Of a stretch of 64,000 nt of DNA, positions 1-12,701 are shown piece by piece. How positions within the stretch are numbered: the first letter of the stretch is position 1; each line of letters opens with the position of its first letter. Below the pieces are notes generated by a model. It ran no database searches. It saw only the letters and a list, made by a program, of their open reading frames with translations, and was not told the DNA's origin. Both the position numbers and the translations under genes were made by a program. Source of the stretch: Octopus sinensis (taxonomy: Eukaryota); NCBI RefSeq assembly GCF_006345805.1, contig NC_043000.1, positions 65,596,001-65,660,000 of the forward strand, written 5' to 3'.

Positions 1-37
1 ATTAGTATTGAATTACGCATACACACATATACGCATA

Positions 38-296
<259 letters not shown>

Positions 297-892
297 CGAA
301 CAGTTGAGATTTCAAACAACAGAAATGCTATTCAATACATATAGAAAAATTCATTTAATCTGAAAAACTCTGATGATCCATTCTGCTGCTACTCAGGTTT
401 TCTCGCTACGTATGATCTTTCAGTCAACAAAAAAGATGTCTCCAGAATGATCATATGTAGTGAAAAGATTCAAGTTGCGTCGGAGTGAATTGCAGATTTT
501 TAACGAATAATAATTTATCATAATATATATATATGCATTATGACATAATATAAATTTACCATGCTCTTTCATCGACCGTAGACTGAAGATGAAAGCAATT
601 TCGGTGCACTTATCATCTGAATTGCACACTTACCACAGCGCTACTGAGTTTCGATGTCGAGATTGAACGACAAATGTGCAAAATTAAACGAAATATTAGG
701 TTAGGATGAACAAAACAGAGATAAAAAGATTAACTAGTGACGACTGTGCGAAGTGTAACGCTAAGAGAAAATGAGTGGGTAGCTGGGAGTTAGCCCTCCA
801 ACAAAGAAAGAAAGAAAGAAAGAGAGAGAGAGCATGATAGATAGATAAATAGATAGAAAAAGAGAGGGGGTGAGATAGGTAGCTAGCTAACC

Positions 893-965
<73 letters not shown>
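893..965. repeat. (GATA)n microsatellite
   Basis: Direct tandem repeat. Confidence 0.95.
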
Positions 966-966
<1 letters not shown>

Positions 967-1529
967 GTGGAGAGAAAGGGAAAGACAGCGAGAGTGAGAG
1001 AGAAAGCGAAAGAGAGAAAGAGGGAAATAATCTGGAGCAGTTCAGAGAACAAAATGAACGAAGAAGGCTGGGCAATGGGATTAGAATCATATGAAGACGT
1101 AAAGGTATTGTGGCAAGGTTGCAATCGAATAGAGAAATGGAAGGGGAGAATAGATTGGAGCGCGAAAGGGTAAGACGGGAAAGTGCTAGAGAGAGAGGGG
1201 AGAGAGAAGGAGAAAGAGGGAGGAAGAGAAAGAGAGACAAAGGATGTGGTTGCTGAAAGCAAAAGTACAATGAAAAAAATATTACATGGCGTTACCATTA
1301 AAGAGAAGAAAAATTAAGCACGGAAAACAGATAAAGCACTGTGAAAAGTGCAAACAAGGTCATCACACTTTCTCAAGGTTATTTCAGTGTATCAATTAAC
1401 AGAAATGCGTACATACCGTAGCGTCACCGGAGTTTGGTGTCCAGACAGGATGACAACAAATATACAAAATGGAACGGAACATTAGTTCGTGAGGTTAAGA
1501 CGAACAAAACATAGGGCGAAATTAGAAAG

Positions 1530-1612
1530 GATGTATGTATGTATGTATGTATGTATGTATGTATGTATGTATGTATGTATGTATGTATGAATGTATGTAT
1601 GCATGTATGTAA
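1530..1612. repeat. (TATG)n microsatellite
   Basis: Direct tandem repeat. Confidence 0.95.
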
Positions 1613-1621
1613 GTAAGGAAA

Positions 1622-2295
1622 ATAGGTTGCCCCCACCAAAAAAATTAAATTTGTAAACATGATCAGGGCTTTGCATCAAGATATGAAAGCTAGAGTTAAT
1701 TTTGGTGGTAGGCTCTCTGAATCTTTCACAGTGGAAAATGGAGTAAAGCCCTTGCTTTACTCCATTTTCCACAGACCCTGATGCACCCACCCTCTTTGCA
1801 ATATACTTTGCTGTTGTGTTGCCACATGCTTTACAAAACTCTGAGGAGAGTATTTATATAAAATATCGAACAACAGGGAATGTTTTTAATATTACCAGAC
1901 TGAAATTCAAAACGAAGGTTTTAACTTCACTCACTAGGGAACTTCTGTACGCTGACGATTGCGATCTTGTCAATCATTCTGAAACAGGTCTGCAATATCT
2001 TGTATCTGCATTTGACTCGGCTTGTGATGATTTTGGCTTGACCATCAACTTTAAAAAAACAAAACAAAAACAGTTGTAATGCATCAACCTGTATGTGGTG
2101 CTGTTTGTAACCCCCACTAAAAGTTTTGTTAAGGGAAAGTTACTTGAGGTTGTCGATTCGTTCGTCTACCTTGGAAGCTCTGTTCAAAATGATGGACATC
2201 TTGATAAGAAATACACCTGCGAATTCAAAGGGCAGCAAAAGCATTTGGTGGTTTGGAGCCGTGCGTTTGGTGCCAACAACATATAAACAAAAATA
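1622..2295 (+). mobile_element. RTE-clade non-LTR retrotransposon, reverse transcriptase fragment (degenerate)
   Basis: Translations MIRALHQDMKARVNFGG..VENGVK, APTLFAIYF, LTRELLYADDCDLV..GLTINFKKTK and VDSFVYLGS give RT motifs including YADD. Frameshifted. Confidence 0.92.
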
Positions 2296-2299
2296 CTAC

Positions 2300-2569
2300 A
2301 GACCCAAGATCTCAATATTATTGAACATTTATGGTGCATTTTAGAAAATCAAGTAAGGAATCGATATCCTCCACCATCATCACTACAAGAACTGAAGACT
2401 GTTTTAGCTGAAGAATGGACAAAAATTCCTTTGGAAATAATTCAAACTTTGTACGAGTCCATACCTCGTAGAATTGAAGCTGTAATTACTGCCAAAGCGG
2501 TCCTACCCCATATTAAAATTAATTTGTTTGAAATTTTAAGGCGTTTCCATTATTTTGTCCAAACCCCTG
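2300..2569 (+). mobile_element. Tc1-family transposase C-terminal fragment with right TIR ending at TA
   Basis: [47 protein letters not shown], then TTTTGTCCAAACCCCTG followed by TA. Confidence 0.88.
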
Positions 2570-2587
2570 TATATATATATACCTTTA

Positions 2588-2623
<36 letters not shown>

Positions 2624-2638
2624 TATATATGTATATTA

Positions 2639-2696
<58 letters not shown>

Positions 2697-2738
2697 GTAT
2701 ATATATATGTATATATATATATATGTATATATATATAT

Positions 2739-2792
<54 letters not shown>

Positions 2793-2806
2793 GTATATAT
2801 ATATAT

Positions 2807-2839
<33 letters not shown>

Positions 2840-2882
2840 GTATATATATATGTATATATATATATAGTATATATATATATAT
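2570..2882. repeat. (TA)n/(TACA)n compound microsatellite
   Basis: Direct repeats. Confidence 0.97.
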
Positions 2883-4477
2883 ATTGATCAAAATAAAATA
2901 AAAACATGATGCGAAGGATTCAGCGGTACATATGTTTCGGGCCTTTATTAGACAGATTTATAACAATGCATAATGTATGTCTGTGGCCTTCTTCAGCCGC
3001 GCACAACAGCTTCCACAAGGACATGTGTTACATCAAAAATTCTTGGTTGGGGATGCAAATCCTCTCATTCACGTACGACATAATGCGGCAGCAGCATAGA
3101 ATTGAAGCGTCCATCTCTTTCTTCTCTCAATGTAGAATGAGGAAAATTGGATGTTGAGGTAATGTAAATAAATAAATACATATATAGAGGTGAAGATGGA
3201 GGGGCGAGAGTTCGGGACGAGGGATAAAAAATGTATAAAAAGTGTAAGTATAGAATAATATAAAAATGTAGAGGATAAAGATATAAAGAGTTGTAAGGAG
3301 ATGTAAAGGGGGTATAAAGAAATATAAAGAAATATAAATAAATGTAAAGGCATAAGGTTATAAAGTAAAAATAGAAATAGAAATAAAAGTAAAAAAACCT
3401 GATAAAACCATGATAAAAGTGTAAAAGAATGTAAAGATAAGGGATGTATAGAGGTTACGGACCAAGCATGGTGGTCAGGAGATTGATAAAATTTAGTTGT
3501 AGAATTGTCAGTAAATCAACAGTTTCGTCTGGGGACTTAATGCGTTGTAAATCAGAGCTGATGAGCATTTAATCTGGTTCCTTGAATTAAATGGACTTCT
3601 AGTACATACATATCATCATGGATACATACACCCACATACACGCGTACATATACGCCTCCAAGCCTATAAGCATACACACGCACTCGCGCGTAAACACGTA
3701 CATAAACACACACGCACCCACACGCACGCGCGTACACACACATACATACAACAGAATATCCGCATATCCGCATGTTGATTTACTGACAATTCCACAACTA
3801 AATTTTATCAATCTCCTGACCACCATGCTTGGTCCGTAACCTCTATACATCCCTTATCTTTACATTCTTTTACACTTTTATCATGGTTTTATCAGGTTTT
3901 TTACTTTTATTTCTATTTCTATTTTTACTTTATAACCTTATGCCTTTACATTTATTTATATTTCTTTATATTTCTTTATACCCCCTTTACATCTCCTTAC
4001 AACTCTTTATATCTTTATCCTCTACATTTTTATATTATTCTATACTTACACTTTTTATACATTTTTTATCCCTCGTCCCGAACTCTCGCCCCTCCATCTT
4101 CACCTCTATATATGTATTTATTTATTTACATTACCTCAACATCCAATTTTCCTCATTCTACATTGAGAGAAGAAAGAGATGGACGCTTCAATTCTATGCT
4201 GCTGCCGCATTATGTCGTACGTGAATGAGAGGATTTGCATCCCCAACCAAGAATTTTTGATGTAACACATGTCCTTGTGGAAGCTGTTGTGCGCGGCTGA
4301 AGAAGGCCACAGACATACATTATGCATTGTTATAAATCTGTCTAATAAAGGCCCGAAACATATGTACCGCTGAATCCTTCGCATCATGTTTTTATTTTAT
4401 TTTGATCAATTTACTCCACCACCTACACCACCAAACGGTATACACAGGTGCTTATAATTATCAAGTACTCACCCCGA

Positions 4478-4482
<5 letters not shown>
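2883..4482 (+). mobile_element. Fold-back Penelope-like element: about 640-bp inverted arms (2883-3521 and 3773-4410), 251-bp spacer, 72-nt unpaired tail (4411-4482), flanked by (TA)n
   Basis: Arms are near-identical reverse complements (identical ORFs 2906-3157+ and 4136-4387-). A hammerhead motif lies in both arms. Confidence 0.8.
4293..4370 (+). ncRNA. Type I hammerhead ribozyme motif (mirror copy 2923-3000 on minus)
   Basis: GCGG-CUGAAGA-A-GGCC...GGCC-C-GAAA-CAUAUG-UA-CCGC. Stem I GCGG/CCGC, palindromic stem III CAUAUG, GUA triplet. Confidence 0.78.
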
Positions 4483-4527
<45 letters not shown>

Positions 4528-4544
4528 TTTTAATCTTCTTTCAC

Positions 4545-4760
4545 TTTCAATCTTCTTTTAATCTAATCATTCGACTGCGGCCTTGCTAGGGCGCTGCCTT
4601 GAAGGGTTTATTCAAACAAATTGATCTTATTTGTTAGTGAGATAGATACTTTATCGTATTGGTTATTTTTGTCGAACCGCTAAGTTACGTGGGATGTCAA
4701 CTAACCAACACCGGTTATCAGACGTGGGGATGACAAACAACACACACACGTACGTTTGTA
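4545..4760 (-). mobile_element. tRNA-derived SINE (family B) 3' part
   Basis: Shares GACTGCGGCC..GAACCGCTAAGTTACG..CCGGTT with other copies in the window. Confidence 0.75.
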
Positions 4761-4924
4761 TGTATACATATATATATATATATATCATCATATTTAGTTC
4801 ATCATTTCGAGCTCTTTAAAAAGAAGTACATGTTAAGTGGTCTAGTCGATGCTATCGACTAATCCCATTCTCTCTAAATTGCTGGTCCTGTGCCTAAATT
4901 GGAAACAATTATTTACAGAAGAGA

Positions 4925-5135
4925 GCAGCGAGCTGGCAGAATCGTTAGTGCGTCGGACAAAATGCTTAGAGGCATTTCTTATATCTTTACGTTCTAAGTT
5001 TAAATTCCGCCGAGGTCGACTTTGCCCTCCATCTTTTCGAGGTCGATAAAATAAGTATCAGCTGAATACTGGACCAATATAATCGGCTTACCCACTCACT
5101 CAAAATTGCTTGCCTTGTGCCAAAATTTGAAACCA
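4925..5135 (+). mobile_element. tRNA-derived SINE (family A)
   Basis: GCGAGCTGGCAGAATCGTTAG (A-box-like), AAGTTTAAATTCCGCCGAGGTCGACTTTG (B-box-like). About 15-20 related copies in the window. Confidence 0.85.
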
Positions 5136-5139
5136 ATGA

Positions 5140-5525
5140 ATGTGTGGTAAAAAGCTTGCTTGCCAACCACATGGTTTCGGGTTCAGTTTCACTGTGTTCC
5201 ACTTTGGGCAAGTGACTTTTACTATCGCCACAAGCCGAATGTATGTATGTATGTATGTATGTATGTATGTATGTATGTATGTATGTGTGTGTGTGCGCGT
5301 GTGTCTGTGTCTGTATTTGTCCCCCACCACTACTTGACAACAGTTGCTGATGTGTTTACGCCTCAGTAAGATAGCGGTTCGGTAAAAAAGAATCGACAGA
5401 ATAATTACCAGACTTAAAATATAAAAAAACAAAACAATTCTTCCATCGATTCATTCGATTAAATATTCGCCAAGGCGGTGCTCCAGCATGACCGCAGACT
5501 AATGACTGGAACACATAAAAGAGGA
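5140..5525 (+). mobile_element. tRNA-derived SINE (family B) with internal (TATG)n/(TG)n
   Basis: AAGCTTGCTTGCCAACCACATGGTTTCGGGTTCAG..TTGGGCAAGTG..GGCGGTGCTCCAGCATGACCGCAG. Confidence 0.85.
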
Positions 5526-6232
5526 GGTAATAAAAAAACAAAAAGAAAGGATGTGCTTGAAAAATATATATATAAACTGACGTGCAAACAGTTGTGAGTG
5601 TAAGTGTGCCTATGAAGCTTAGAAAGAAAATACTGTTTAATGTGCGGTGGGGATGTTTGAAAAGCGATCAAATATTAAAAAGACACAGGATGACGTCCTC
5701 TTTTCGACGGCTTGTGTTGTTTAGCTTAAACTGTCAATGTACGAAATACTACTATATCTATCTACTACAGCTATATCAGAATATCAATGCAAGCTAATAT
5801 TAACATTTGATATCAACATTTCTTACACTGTTTGCCGTATAAAGTGGATAATGCACACAGAATATTGATATCTGCAGTTTTAGCGTCAATGCTGTTAAAT
5901 AATCGATTCACTCTACAACTGCCCAACCGGGAAATCAATTACACACAACTACACTTGCATCCTGAGAATACTAAGATTGGTTTTATATCGTTGTTGTACC
6001 TAGAAATCAATCAATTGTACAAATAATATGATTTATCCCGAAGACATCAACCTGAAGCAATTTTCTTCGTTGAAACGACTATATAGGCTGATATATTACT
6101 ATACACTTGTTAATACCTGTATTATTCTTATTTTTTAAAGGTTTAATTAGACATTTATTTTACAATTAACCGGAACAGAATAATAAAGCTTGATGTTCCG
6201 CTTAAAATACCTTTATTTATTTATTTATTTAT

Positions 6233-6264
<32 letters not shown>

Positions 6265-8294
6265 TGTATGTATGTATGTATGTATGTATATAACGAAGAG
6301 CATTTGCGAAATTGTTCGTGTTGTGTTGCTAACGAACAACAGCTATTGACATCTGCTCATATATTATGATTCGACCAGAATAGAACAATATCAGTAGGTT
6401 TTGGGATACATATTACATTTATCCATTCTTTCATTCAGTATTTTGACCTCATTGTCACTCAATGGTATAGTATCATGTATTCTATGGACACAAAACAAGG
6501 ATAGAATTAGATAATTTTAGTTTAATATTTTTAAAACATTTCAGCTCTGTTTTATACTTTCAGCAAAAATAATTCCAAATAAATATGAATGTAATTTTTA
6601 AAAAATGTTTCTAGCAGGAATTGAACCACGTATATTCCAAATCACAGCAGCCGTTACGAAATATATCTGCTAGAAATAGCAGTCAAATTTATTTTGTCTT
6701 AATGAAAAAAGGAAGAACACTGCCTGACAGGATAGTTGCGGCTGGAAAGCTTTTGATCATAAATTTGCTTGATCAGAGCCGACTTGTGGTTAAATAACAC
6801 CACCACCAACGACATTTCAATCTTGAAACTGAACAGGTTTAATACATTACTACTGATATTATTTCTATTTGCGAATGATTAAAATAAAAAAACTAGGTTA
6901 TGTCAGTTTGCAAAAAGGAAAATGTAATTTTTAGTTTGAGCTGGCCTCAGTCCTACAAACTCAGCAAAGAAGCACTTAAGTAGTGAGAATATTTTTCAGG
7001 CAAAATGAAATGTTGACACAAAGATTTTCTATAAAAATAGGTTTTATTTATCCTGTAGTCTGAGCAAAATATATACAAATTATTTTTCCGTCTTTCCTCG
7101 TGAATATTTCTCACATACAGTTCACACTGACAGAAGCAGGATGTCTCTAGTTTTTTTTTTATCCAATCATTTCAGAGACTAATTTACATGGTAAATTTCA
7201 ACCTTACAGCAAATACTATGAAATTTTAAAATTCAAGTAGATCTGATGAAATTACAGGAATTGTTGGAACAAATGACATTTTTTTTTTATTACTCCAACA
7301 TTATTTTTAATGACATCCGCCTTTCAGTTTGATACCACTCCCGTGCTTATATAGTGTTATTCGGATTTGAGACAAATCATTAGAAAATCTATCGCTGGTA
7401 ACATTCTCCTCGGGAGGAATTGAATTAGACGTTACAAGTCTACTACTTATACTCTTACAAATTTTACAATGTAACTGCTGCATGTATCAGTGAGACGTTT
7501 CTACCCTACTGTATTTATTTACATTGTAGGTAGGTTAGACTATATGAGACTTGTAACATAATCGTAGGGCAGTGTCTAATGACAGAACATGTACCTTATC
7601 GATCAGCCATACTTGCTCTCTTTCTACATTAAAATCAATAAATATGGCGTGTTTAAGAAGACAACGCATGTAACATATTAGATTATAAATTATGTAATTT
7701 CACGTTTGCAGCATTTATTACTTCGGAGTAATGTGAGTGAAATGTAGCCGATATTTTTTCATGGAGTCTTGCTACTCATGAAGTCTAAAATTTTCCTACA
7801 CCATATCACAGATTTACTAAAATTTATTGGCAGACAATTTTAAAACGATTGATTTAGTTATAAAGAAGTGTTGAAAGTGTAAAGTAGGTTATTTGAAATG
7901 GTTATTGAAATAAGCATTGCCGTTTTAAGAGACGTATTAATGTAATAAAATAATTATGATAGTTCAATGAAATTATGAATGTGAGGTTATTTATGAACAT
8001 CGAAATAATATAGTGATGCTATTGGTGTTTGCAGAGAGAAGGAGATATTAATTGAACCGACTCTAAAATTTTACTGTTACTTATTTAGTTGCCCTTCGGA
8101 GAGATGAAAGACAAACGAAGCTTCGATTAAAGTTAAACTTAGAATGTGGAAGGACGCAACTAAATACAGTAAGGAATTTTGCTCCGTTGTCTATTGCTCT
8201 TACAGAACAGAAAATATTAGTTCCTTTCTAGTAAACACTAAACTTCATATTTTAAGAGGAGTTTAAACGAGATCTTTAGCCTTATCAACAATTT

Positions 8295-8480
8295 CGGTGA
8301 GAGGTTATGTTGATTAAATCGACCTCAGTGCTCAACTGGTACCTATTTAATCAACACCAAAAATATGAAAAGCAAAGCCGACCTCGCCAGAATTTGAACC
8401 CAGAACGTAAAGACGGACGAAATGCCACTAAGTATTTTTTGTCCGATATGCTAAAGATTCTGCCAGCCCGCCGCTTGGTC
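8295..8480 (-). mobile_element. SINE family A
   Basis: Reverse complement of the family A consensus (GAATTTGAACCCAGAACGTAAAGACGGACGAAATG). Confidence 0.8.
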
Positions 8481-9364
8481 GAGACTTAATACTGAAATGG
8501 TTTTCAATTGGAATCGGAATCGTGTCACAGACTCCACTCAAGAATTTATTTCCACAGTTCTACAATTTGCCACTACGACACTGACAATATTGATTTCTTT
8601 CATTAACCCAATACCGCTTTGTGTATGGGTAGAGGTGAAGTCTCAGTTGGTTGAATTGACTCGGTATATGACTCACTAGTACATATTTTATAGATTCCAG
8701 AGGGAGGAGAGGCAAGGTTTCTAACCAAAATGTAACGGGACGTAAATAAAACCGTAAGACATTTATTCATTGCTTTACTAGCGTTGATAATATTGATTCC
8801 CAGCATAGGAACAAAACTTCAAATGTTTGTGGCTGGGAACAGTCAATTGGCACTTTATTTTATCGAAACAAGAAAGATAGAAGGTGCTATAACTTTGGGA
8901 TAGAATAAAAGAATACCGAGTGTTGCTGCTATTGCTGCGTCGCGCGAGATGGAACACTCGATGATACTGACCATTATGGAATCGCTTAGCTGCGAGGCGA
9001 AGAATACATTTAAATGATTGCACGTAATTCATTCCAAACCCTAGAAGCAAACGAAAGCCCGGCAGACTATTGAAATATTTGTTAGGTACACACTGAGCTG
9101 ATCGTGCATCTTGTAACTAATCAACTGAAACAAATCCAATATACAAAGTCGCAGTAAAAGTCACTTGTAGACTTCAGTGAATAAGTGATCTTATGTTGTT
9201 CATTTTCCATTGTTTATGTGAGATATTAGATAAAGCATAAGATTTTTACACTTATGTGTGATAGATATAAGTTATGTTCTCATTGTATTAAACTCGTGTA
9301 TTTTCAGCTAATAAGTGACTTAAAATATTTGTTTAATTACTTTTAATATTGTTTACGGTATTAA

Positions 9365-9525
9365 GGTGACCAGCTGACAGAATCGTTCGCACTCCTACCA
9401 AAATGCTTAGCGTTATCTCGATCCGAGTTCTAGTTCCGCTGGTGTTGACTTTGCCTTTTATCCTTTCGGGTTCGATAAAATAAGTACCAATTGGTCACCG
9501 GGGTCGTGCTGACCTGGTCCCAAAA
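9365..9525 (+). mobile_element. SINE family A (diverged)
   Basis: CTGACAGAATCGTT..GACTTTGCCTTTTATCCTTTCGGGTTCGATAAAATAAGTACC. Confidence 0.75.
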
Positions 9526-9699
9526 TCTTTAAGCAATATTATTTACGGTAAATAAAATGACATTTTTCTATTCACTGCTGAAACATCACTTAAAGTAGTG
9601 ACCCTCAACCTACGAGACATTGTCCAAAATGGTTTGTAATATAAATTATGGAAGAAGAGTTAAGTGAAGAAATTTTTTTAATTTTTGACGTGTAAAAAG

Positions 9700-10110
9700 T
9701 CCACAAATGGCGGTGCCCCAGCATGGCCACAGCTCGTGAGCTGAAACTAGATAAAATAAAATAAAATAAAATAAATAGGCGCAGTGTAGCAAGAAGTTTG
9801 CTTCTCAACCACATTGTTCCAGATTCAGTCCCACTGTGTGACACCTTGGGTAAATAAGTGTCTTCTACTATAGCCTTCGGCCAATCAAAGACTTGCAAAT
9901 GGATTTGACAGCCGGAAACTGGCAGAAGCTCGTTGTGTGTGTGTGTGTGTCTGTCCATCACCGCTTGACAACCGGTGTTGGCTTGTTTATATCCCCATAA
10001 CTTATGTGTTCGGTAAAAGAAACCGATATAATAACTATCAAGCTTTAAAAAGTACTGGGGTCGATTCTTCAAGGTGGTGCCCCAACATGACCGCAGTCTA
10101 ATGATAAAGC
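9700..10110 (+). mobile_element. SINE family B (short 3' fragment plus a near-full copy)
   Basis: Matches the family B consensus shared across the window. Confidence 0.8.
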
Positions 10111-10654
10111 AAATAAAACATAAAATATGACATACAATAAGCAATAGGCAAGTACTTTCGTAATACAGGTGTCTCATCCTAAAATAAGTATTAGAATTAG
10201 CACGGAGAGTACCTAGTTTATTCATTAGCCAATCGAGAAATTTAGAAACAGAGGAAACGAAACTACTGTCAACTACGAAAAAATAATGCTTATAAACAGA
10301 CACATATGTTTATACAGCTGGAAGTAGTTTCTTATCTTCAGCTTAATAGATGCCGTCTAGATCACTGTTTCTTTGTTTGTACACTATGCAATTTCAAAAT
10401 ATTGTTTATATTTTTACCTCTTATTTTCAAACACATTGATGTGAACGCTAGTTAATGGGAACATGGTTTCACTAACAAGATTCATAATTCCAAATAAATC
10501 ACATCCACTTCTCCATCATGTCTGCTCACTACTCCTGGGAGGGTTGTGGGATTAGAATCCTCAGGCACCTCCTCCATAGGATCTTTTCAACAGCAACCGT
10601 CATTAGACTTTCGGCTGCATTCCCAAGCATCATGAACTTAGACTATTCCTTTAT

Positions 10655-11030
10655 CCTTTTGCTTGTTTCAGTCATTTGACTGCGGCCATGCTGGAGCACC
10701 ACCTTGAAAAGTTTTAGTCGAACAAATAGACCCCAGGACTTTATTTTTTGTAAGCCTCGTACTTATTCTATCTGTCGCTTTTGCCAAACCACTAAATTAT
10801 GGGCAAGTAAACACACCAACAACAGTTGTCAAACAGTATGAGGGAGCAAACACACACACACACACACGCGCACGTATATATATACGACGGGCTTTTTCAG
10901 TTTCCGTCAGCCAAATCCACTCACAAAGCTTTGGTCGGCCCGAGGCTATGGTAGAAAACAATTGCCCAAATTCCACGCAATGGGACTGAACCCGGAACCA
11001 TATGGTTGAGAAGCAAGCTTCTTGTCCAAC
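10655..11030 (-). mobile_element. SINE family B
   Basis: Reverse complement of the family B consensus. Confidence 0.85.
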
Positions 11031-11255
11031 CATCTTGTTCTTGGTCTACCCCTATGTCTCCTGCCAATTGTTTCGGCTTAAAGAATCCGTCTTGCGATTC
11101 TTTTCTGCGACATTCTAATCACATGTCCATAATACCGGAGCTGTGCTCACTCAATGCGGAGAAGTAGCGACTCGGCTTGAAGGGACACCTTAGTCTCCGA
11201 GCTACGCTCCATGTAAAGTAACGTTATTCCAGAGACCCTCGATATGTCAAGTGGG
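11030..11255 (-). mobile_element. RTE-clade LINE, RT C-terminal fragment
   Basis: Minus strand reads ESLLLRIE*AQLRYYGHVIRMSQKRIARRIL..GRRHRGRPRTRW, a typical RTE thumb/C-terminal motif. Confidence 0.8.
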
Positions 11256-11807
11256 ATTTTGAAAATGAATGAAAAAGAAGACGGGAACATGCAAAAATAG
11301 CCATGGTTATCCAATGGAAGTGAAACGAATAAGATTGTTAGATTTCTATTTTCATTTCTCAGCAACCTTAGATTGTTAATGTATAGCGGTTGCATTGTAG
11401 AAAATAAGACATTTCTTATTTGAGGAAAATAAAGAAAAAGAAATAGATCCACAATAAAATTAACTCCAAAATGACAATTCATTTGAAAAAGTAAACAAAA
11501 ATTTTATTTGAAAGAGAAATTTGTAAGTTTATGAATGGAGTAATTATTTTATGTTTTGTTTTTTTTTATAAGGAAAGTTATCTTTTCTACAAGACTATTT
11601 TCATAAGTTAACTAAACGATGTTATTGGCCGCAGTCACTGAAATCTATTCATAAATTTCTCTTCGCTTGCACAGAATAATCAAATCTATTTTTGAACATT
11701 GCCGGTTTCTTTTTGAACATTGCCATTTTCAATCCGGCACTTACCTGTACCTAAAACAATAAGATAACCATATCAATTAGTAATGCCATTATCATTAATT
11801 TCATTAA

Positions 11808-12510
11808 GGCGGCGGCGAACTGGCAGAATCGTTAGCACGCCGGGTAAAATGCTCAGCGGCATTTCGTCCGTCTTCACACTCTGAGTTCAAATTCCACTGA
11901 GGTCGACTTTGCTTTTCAGCCTTTCGGGGTCGATAAAATAAGGATGAGTCGAGTACTGGGGTGCTGATGTAATCGATTTACTCTCCACCCCGAACTTGCT
12001 GGCCTTGTGCCTAAATTTGAAACCATTATTGTAAGTCTCATTAGGGTGGTGGGTTGGCAGAATCGTTCGAGGATCGGTATTTCTTTGGGCTATCTACACT
12101 CTGAGTTCAAATCCTGCTGGGGTTAACTTGGTTTTCTCCCTTCTGTAGTCGAAAAAATAAAATAGCAATAAAGTAGTGGTATCCATACCATCGACGAAAC
12201 ACTTCACTTGGAAATTTCTGTTTTTATGCCTAAATTAGAAACACTTAGAGTAATTTCATTTTCCAATTTTGATTGTTTTCATTATTTCTCATTACCGAGG
12301 GCGACGAGCTGGTAAAATCGTTAGTACGCCGGACAAAATGCTTTGCAGCATTTCATCCGGCTTTACATTCTAAGTTCAGATTCTGCCGAGGTCATCTTTG
12401 CCTTTCGTCCTTTCGGGGTTGTTAAATAAGTACTAGTCATGCAATGAGGTCGATGTAACCGACTTGCTCCCTCCCTTGAAATTGCTGGTCTTGTGCCAAA
12501 CTTTGAAGCC
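11808..12510 (+). mobile_element. Three consecutive SINE family A copies
   Basis: Copies start near 11808, 12045 and 12298. All are on the plus strand and mutually diverged. Confidence 0.85.
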
Positions 12511-12670
12511 ATTATATCCCATTACACACCCCCTTCAGTATTACGAAATTTTTTTCTGAACATCTATGACATATTGACTTCAAGTAAAATCTGATATATA
12601 TATATATAAATTCCTCTATTTACATAATATCGAGGTCTCTTTCATTCATTTGTTGTCTTGCCATTTCTAT

Positions 12671-12700
<30 letters not shown>

Positions 12701-12701
<1 letters not shown>

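Noticed and set aside
3556-3575. CTGATGAG in the spacer of the first hairpin
   Set aside because: No paired stem II or downstream GAAA.
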